Positions 14,580 to 20,000 of a stretch of 20,000 nt of DNA are shown here, one piece after another (the first letter of the stretch is position 1; every line of letters starts with the position of its first letter). The notes beneath the pieces were generated by a model that made no database searches, was not told the origin of the DNA, and worked only from the letters and a program-made list of their open reading frames with translations. Position numbers and translations under genes: made by a program. The DNA lies in the IMG/VR virus record IMGVR_UViG_3300005083_000031, one strand, 5' to 3'. This DNA is from an uncultured virus (IMG/VR IMGVR_UViG_3300005083_000031). Lineage: Duplodnaviria > Heunggongvirae > Uroviricota > Caudoviricetes.

Positions 14580-15848
14580 ATGACGTATCACAGCGTCCTG
14601 ATATACGACGAGTCCGGGTTCTTCCGGGGCACGACGGCGATAGAGAGGATCAGCTCGGAGCTGATCGACTGGGTGGAGTTCGGCGGGGTTCCGGTGCTGG
14701 ACGCCCCGGCGGACGGGGTGACGTACGGGCGGCGCAACGGCGCGTGGCGGGTGCTGGCCAACGTGGACGCGACGCTGATCGACGACTCGTCGGTCGGCGC
14801 GGCCACGACGTGGAGCAGCAACAGAATAGTTGCCTCGACGGTCTCCCCGACCGCCATGAGCGCGGCCATCTCGGCCCTCGAGAGCTCGGCGATGCGGCTG
14901 GTGGGGTACGTGGCGGCCACGCAGGCGGAGCTGCCCGCGAGCCCTCCCGACGGCAGCTACTGGTACGTGGGGACGTCGCTGCCCGACGGCACGTCCTTCC
15001 TGTCGCCGGTGTACAGGTACACGGGCGGGACGTGGGTGGCGGGGCAGACCTACTCCGCGCAGCTTCTCGATCTCTGGCACTACGTGGCGGCTGACGAGAA
15101 CTGGTACTGGAACGGGGTGTGGGAGCGGGCCGACTTCAACGTCGACATGTCGCTCTACTACACGAGCGCCCAGGTGGACGGCCTTCTCGCCGCGAAGCAG
15201 GGCGTCGCGTCGGGGTCGGGGTACCAGTACGTCTCGAGCGGGGCGTGGGTGCCCTTCCAGGCCACGGACGCGGTGATCAACGACGGGGCCTCCGCCGGGG
15301 GGAGCCGGACGTGGTCCATCGACCGGCTGGTCTCCTACGTCAACTCGCAGGTGGCGGGGGGCCAGGCGGGGAGCGCGACGTCGGCGGCCATCGGCCTGAC
15401 GCAGTACGCCACGGCGGCGGAGATGTCGGCCGGGGTGAACAGCAGGGGCCTGACCCCGGGCATCGCCAAGGGGTACGTGGATGCGGGGCTCGCGACGAAG
15501 GTGACGGACGTGTCGGTGGCGGGAAGCTACGTGCGGGCCTCGGGCTCGTGGGTGTCGGCGGCCTCCGCCGGGATCCAGGACGTGACGAACGCCGGGACGT
15601 ACTTCAGGACGAGCGGGTCGTGGACGAGCGCGACGGCGGCCGTCGTGACGCCGCTGGTCTCGACGGCCACGAGCGACGTCGCGGGCAGGATCACGGACGC
15701 CCCCTCGAACGGCTCGCAGTACGTGCGGTCCAACGGGGCGTGGGCCATCGTGACGCCGACGACCGTCTCCGTCTTCGCGTCCAGCAACTCGGCGGGGGCG
15801 GTGGCGTGGCTCTCCTCCGCCGGAACCGGCTCCATCGCGGTGATCTGA
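14580..15848 (+). CDS. Tail fibre/fibritin-like protein B, paralog of the 11884 protein
   Basis: GGGAGGG SD; colinear similarity to the 11884 protein over about 230 aa; DAPxDG..Y.R..G.W foldon-like motifs. Confidence 0.8.
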   Translation: MTYHSVLIYDESGFFRGTTAIERISSELIDWVEFGGVPVLDAPADGVTYGRRNGAWRVLANVDATLIDDSSVGAATTWSSNRIVASTVSPTAMSAAISALESSAMRLVGYVAATQAELPASPPDGSYWYVGTSLPDGTSFLSPVYRYTGGTWVAGQTYSAQLLDLWHYVAADENWYWNGVWERADFNVDMSLYYTSAQVDGLLAAKQGVASGSGYQYVSSGAWVPFQATDAVINDGASAGGSRTWSIDRLVSYVNSQVAGGQAGSATSAAIGLTQYATAAEMSAGVNSRGLTPGIAKGYVDAGLATKVTDVSVAGSYVRASGSWVSAASAGIQDVTNAGTYFRTSGSWTSATAAVVTPLVSTATSDVAGRITDAPSNGSQYVRSNGAWAIVTPTTVSVFASSNSAGAVAWLSSAGTGSIAVI

Positions 15849-15849
15849 C

Positions 15850-16512
15850 ATGGCCGACTCCATCATTCTTGCGGACAGGACCGGTGCCAGTCCGGTCCTG
15901 CGCACGCTGGCGGGATCACGCCATTACACGTTCCCGTTCGATGCCGATCTGTCGGCGAACGTCGTGGCGTCGTTGAACAATCGCGAATGTCGCACCATAT
16001 TCTGTGATGTTTCGTCCACATCGGAAGGCTACGAATATGTGTTTAACGTAGTTCCTGATTATTATGGCGCCAACTGTGTGGAATTCAATGTCGGAGCTGT
16101 ATGGGGTGACTTCTGGGGGACTTCATTCCACGCGGATTTTTCGAACTGCACGCCTAGGAATGCCAGGTTTGTACTTGGCCGTACCCTTTATTTCACCGGG
16201 GACTTCATTCTTATTGGTAATCCACTTCTGCAATTTGGTATGCAAAAACATGATGCGGGTCTTGGAAATCGTAGTGGTTCTATATATGCAAAAGGTAATG
16301 TTAGTATTTCAAATTTACGTTGCTATAGGCATCGTGATTTATCTTGTGATAATGATATAGTCATAGAGGATGTGGACTTTGTTAGAATTGTCAACATCTC
16401 TGCTGGTGGCACGCTTACTTTGCGGCGGGTGTGCTTCGCGCAGTTTAGTACTGTTTCCGCTGGTGATAGGGTTATAGAACATTGTGGAACAGTCATAGGC
16501 CCAGGATTCTAG
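15850..16512 (+). CDS. Low-GC beta-rich protein (220 aa), possible receptor-binding/adhesin tip
   Basis: ORF track; T-ending codons; C-terminus similar to the next gene. Confidence 0.7.
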   Translation: MADSIILADRTGASPVLRTLAGSRHYTFPFDADLSANVVASLNNRECRTIFCDVSSTSEGYEYVFNVVPDYYGANCVEFNVGAVWGDFWGTSFHADFSNCTPRNARFVLGRTLYFTGDFILIGNPLLQFGMQKHDAGLGNRSGSIYAKGNVSISNLRCYRHRDLSCDNDIVIEDVDFVRIVNISAGGTLTLRRVCFAQFSTVSAGDRVIEHCGTVIGPGF

Positions 16513-16522
16513 GAGGTATGAC

Positions 16523-17215
16523 ATGGCCCTTCCTGAAATCGCGGAGTGCATAGGAATCAAGTGTTCTGATGGCACCACCCAGATGGTATATGGCAGGAAT
16601 GCCACGGCAACTCGCTATTGGACCCCTTTAACGGGGTCCGACACGAATAGCGGAGAGTCGGTATTTGCCCCCTGGGCGACTGGCACGCCTGTGTGCACAT
16701 TCCTTAATCTTAATGTATGGCACAGGTCCCGTATTATAGTTACTACCATTTCAGCTGATCTTAGCATGCCTAATTGTGCATTTCATTCTGATATCATCGA
16801 GTTTGATTCAAGTGACGCTACTTTTCATTGTGGTTCATTCTCGCTTGTGAATAATGTAAGCGATTGGAATACATCAGATGTTTCATCTGTAGTCTTTGTT
16901 AAGAATGTGATATCAACGGGTACTTTCATTGTTGACGCAAACATTTCTTCGGGGTCGCAGGTTCATTTACAGTGCCCAGATGTACTCATCACCAACGGTT
17001 CTATGTCCATATCTAATTTAGGTAAATTTGTTGTTGGTAGTGGCATAACCGTTTATAGCCAAGGTGTTGTCAACATATCGAATGTTGACATTGTCCGGGT
17101 TGGCTCCATTTCGTGTGGCACATTGAACTTGACGAACGTGGGTTATGCGTTTTTCAACAGTTCCGATGTCAACACGGTGAACGCCACGAACTGCGGCTAC
17201 GTGGTGGGCGTCTGA
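16523..17215 (+). CDS. Low-GC beta-helix-like protein (230 aa), paralog of the 15850 protein
   Basis: AGGAGGT SD; repeated I/V-S-N-V/L turns; shared C-terminal pattern ending in CG.V.G. Confidence 0.75.
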   Translation: MALPEIAECIGIKCSDGTTQMVYGRNATATRYWTPLTGSDTNSGESVFAPWATGTPVCTFLNLNVWHRSRIIVTTISADLSMPNCAFHSDIIEFDSSDATFHCGSFSLVNNVSDWNTSDVSSVVFVKNVISTGTFIVDANISSGSQVHLQCPDVLITNGSMSISNLGKFVVGSGITVYSQGVVNISNVDIVRVGSISCGTLNLTNVGYAFFNSSDVNTVNATNCGYVVGV

Positions 17216-18735
17216 TGAACTACGTCGAGACGGACACGGGCCGGGCGTACCACGAATCCGACGCCTTCGTGAAGATCGTGGTGGGCCCCTACGGGAGCGG
17301 GAAGACCTGCATGGTCGCCCACGACCTCCTGTTCTACGCCTGCGCCCAGCCCCCCGCCCCCGACGGCGTGCGGTACACCCGCTTCGGGGTCATCCGGGCC
17401 ACCTTCCCGGAGCTCATCCGCACGACCCGGGAGTCCCTTCTCGAGGTGTTCCCCCGCGGCTACGGCACCATCACCCGGAGCACGAACAACGTGTGGGGGC
17501 TGTACCGGTTCCCGCTGAAGGACGGCACCACGGTCCAGACGGAGCTGATCCTGCAGTCCCTCGACCAGGCCGGGGACACGGACAAGATCCGCTCGGCCAA
17601 CTGGACGGCCTGCTTCATCAACGAGGCGAGCACCGTGGACCCCTCCATCTTCACGGAGGTCATGGGCCGCGTCACCCGCTACCCCACGGGGGAGTACGGG
17701 GAGTGCGGCTGGGGCGGGGTCCTCATCGACTCCAACCAGCCCGAGCCGGGGAGCTGGCTCGACAGGGTCATCAAGGACCCGGACCCCTCCTACCTCGTCC
17801 TCATCCAGCCCCCCGCCGCCTTCAAGGTCATCGACCCCGTGACGAACAAGGCGGGGTACGAGGTGAACCCGAAGGCGGAGAACCTCGCCCATCTCGGCAA
17901 CCCCGACCCGGGCGAGCCGAGGAAGAGCGAGATGACCCCCGAGCAGCTCGTGGAGGTCGGCATGCGGTACTACCGCCGCCAGATCGACTCGAACCTGAAG
18001 CTCGGGCGCACGGACAAGGTGGACAATCTCTTCTGCATGCTGGACGTGCCCATCATCGAGGGGCAGGTGGTGTTCCCGGCCTTCAACCGGGAGCGGCACG
18101 TCCTGCGCCACGACCCGAAGCCCCAGTCCCGGACGCCCGTGGTCATGGGCTTCGACAGCTCCGGGCTCCATCCCGCCGCCGTGTTCCTCCAGGAGGTCGA
18201 CGGCCAGTGGGTGGTGCTGGACGAGCTGTACCTCGAGAACGAGGGGCTGGAGCCCTTCCTGCAGCAGTACGTCAAGCCCCTGCTCCGGGGCCGCTATTCC
18301 GACTGCGACGTCCACTGCTCCTACGATCCGGCCAACGCCCGGGACAGCTACCAGGGCGTGGCGCCCTCGGACCGTCTCAGGGAGATGGGGATACGGGCGC
18401 ACAGCCCCCGGACGAACGAGCCCAAGACGCGGATATTCGCGGTGGACAAGATGCTGAACCTCGACTTCGGGGGGCTGCGGGTGGCCCCGAGGTGCGAGCT
18501 GGTCACCCGCGCGTTCCAGGTGGACTACCGCTACCGCCGCATCCGGGCATCCGGGACGATAGGGACGGTGTACACCGAGAAGCCCGAGAAGAACGCCGCA
18601 TCCCATCTCATGGACGCCCTCCAGTACGCCTGCCTGTTCATATGCAGGGGCGAGCGCGGGGAGCTTGACGGGACGGAGGACCGGGTGGTCGAGAATCTGA
18701 GACGGCGCCGACAGGTGCTCGGGAGGGCCGTGTAA
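17215..18735 (+). CDS. terL: Terminase large subunit
   Basis: Walker A GPYGSGKT, R-x-T-x-P-E-L, Walker B variant CFINEA, DSN coupling motif, RNase H-like nuclease motifs MGFD, DE, DPA, KN..SH..DALQY; TGATG coupling at the start. Confidence 0.92.
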   Translation: MNYVETDTGRAYHESDAFVKIVVGPYGSGKTCMVAHDLLFYACAQPPAPDGVRYTRFGVIRATFPELIRTTRESLLEVFPRGYGTITRSTNNVWGLYRFPLKDGTTVQTELILQSLDQAGDTDKIRSANWTACFINEASTVDPSIFTEVMGRVTRYPTGEYGECGWGGVLIDSNQPEPGSWLDRVIKDPDPSYLVLIQPPAAFKVIDPVTNKAGYEVNPKAENLAHLGNPDPGEPRKSEMTPEQLVEVGMRYYRRQIDSNLKLGRTDKVDNLFCMLDVPIIEGQVVFPAFNRERHVLRHDPKPQSRTPVVMGFDSSGLHPAAVFLQEVDGQWVVLDELYLENEGLEPFLQQYVKPLLRGRYSDCDVHCSYDPANARDSYQGVAPSDRLREMGIRAHSPRTNEPKTRIFAVDKMLNLDFGGLRVAPRCELVTRAFQVDYRYRRIRASGTIGTVYTEKPEKNAASHLMDALQYACLFICRGERGELDGTEDRVVENLRRRRQVLGRAV

Positions 18736-20000
18736 TGGCATTCGCCGGAACGGGATACGTCAACAGCCAGGCGTCGGCCATGCTGGCCTCCGCCAACGCC
18801 TACACCGACGCGGAGATATCGAATGTCGACCTGACCGCGGTGTCGCAGTACGCCTCGGGGCAGGCCCAGTCCGCATACAGCTCGGCCTCGGCCTACGCCT
18901 CCTCCGTGGGCGTCGCGGCCTCCGCCTACACGAACCAGCAGGTCTCCGCCATCGATCTCGCGCCGGTCTCACAGTACGCCTCCCAGCAGGCCTCCTCGGC
19001 CTCCGCCGGGGCGGTGAGCTGGGTCCAGACGCAGGGCTACGCGACCCAGGCCTACGCCGGGAGCGCCGCCAGCGCCTCCGCCATGAGCGTCTACGGCGCG
19101 GCCACGGCCTACACGGACAGCGCCGTCAGCCAGGCGACGAGCGGCGGGGTGACCAGCCAGTACGTCCAGAGTNNNNNNNNNNNNNNNNNNNNNNNNNNNN
19201 NNNNNNNNNNNNNNNNNNNNNNNNNNNNNNNNNNNNNNNNNGGACGCGCACGCGGGCGGGAACGTCAGCGGGGCGTCCGATTGGGTCGGCGTGTTCGACT
19301 CCACGAGCTCTGGCTACGTGATGCCCGGGAACCGGGCCCTCCTCTACGCGGGTTCGCGGCTGGATCTGGGCGCCGCCTCCCTGGTCGTCATCAGCGCCGG
19401 TTCGGGGGCGTCGCTCATCGCCGCTTCGCGTGCGATCGTCACCGCCGGCGTGCCCTCCGGCTCCGTTATCATCGGTCAACCCAACGTCTCTGGCGTGGTG
19501 CCGTCGGTCTACATCTCCGGCGTGGTCACGCCGACCACGGACACCATGGCCGCGAACAAGGCGTACGTGGACGCGCACGCGGGCGGGAACGTCAGCGGGG
19601 CGTCCGACCATGTCGGGGTCTTCGACTCCACGGGTTCCGGCTACGCGATGCCCGGCAACGTGGCCACTCTCTCCGCCGCCGAGCACGTGAGCGTGCAGGC
19701 CGGGGGCGCGGGCGGCACCCTGCATCTGCAGGGCGGCCACCTCTCCGCGTCGGCGGGTGACGAGGCGGTCATACGGGGCGACGGCACGGTCGAGATCTCC
19801 GCCGGGTACGACGTGTCGGCGGTCGCCGTTTCCGGGGACATCCTCCTGTCCGCCTCCGGGTTCCTCTCCGCCGAGGTCGGGAAGGTCTCCCTCGATGGCC
19901 CCTCCACGACCTTCGTCATGGACGTGGTGCCCGGAGTGGCGGTCTTCTCCGCGGGCTCCACCTTCATCGGGGGCGTGGTGACCCCCGAGTCGGGGGACGC
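18735..20000 (+). CDS. Tail fibre-like protein C, gapped and running off the right edge
   Basis: TAATG coupling with terL; ANAYTD/AYTN stalk repeats. After the gap, a frame from 19243 is open to the edge with repeated NVSG..VGVFD...GVVTP...AANKAYVD modules. Confidence 0.75.
19173..19241. other. Assembly gap (N run)
   Basis: 69 N characters. Confidence 1.
19242..19660 (+). repeat. Direct repeat of a fibre module boundary, 327-nt (109-codon) period
   Basis: GGACGCGCACGCGGGCGGGAACGTCAGCGGGGCGTCCGA is exact at 19242 and 19569, with similarity continuing about 50 nt further. Confidence 0.9.

Noticed and set aside
15850..17215. Diversity-generating retroelement target
   Set aside because: No reverse transcriptase and no template/variable repeat pair differing at adenines in this window; cannot be excluded genome-wide.

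Overview
A 20 kb piece of a GC-rich (about 65-70% by eye) tailed dsDNA bacteriophage genome with two divergent arms. The left arm (1-6691, minus strand) is an early-type region of about 10 short orphan genes plus two micro membrane-peptide ORFs, leading into a class II glutamine amidotransferase and a zinc-ribbon-containing amidoligase. Its intergenic spaces share recurring elements: tetraloop hairpins, a TGGYGTCA box and a CAACC-rich leader before the Shine-Dalgarno (SD). An ~820 bp non-coding hinge (6692-7512) holds palindromes, homopolymer runs, direct repeats and G-quadruplex motifs, and is probably the genome-end/origin junction. The right arm (8067-20000, plus strand) has a Pro-rich protein, a SAR-type GH24 endolysin with small membrane proteins, a prion-like repeat protein, a family of paralogous modular tail-fibre-like genes with foldon-like repeats, a low-GC pair of paralogous beta-rich genes, and a terminase large subunit sitting among the fibre genes. 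Two N gaps (13140-13221, 19173-19241) fall in repetitive fibre sequence. The layout recalls PaP3/LUZ24- and phiEco32-like podoviruses (inference). All calls come from motif recognition by eye; no database search was run.
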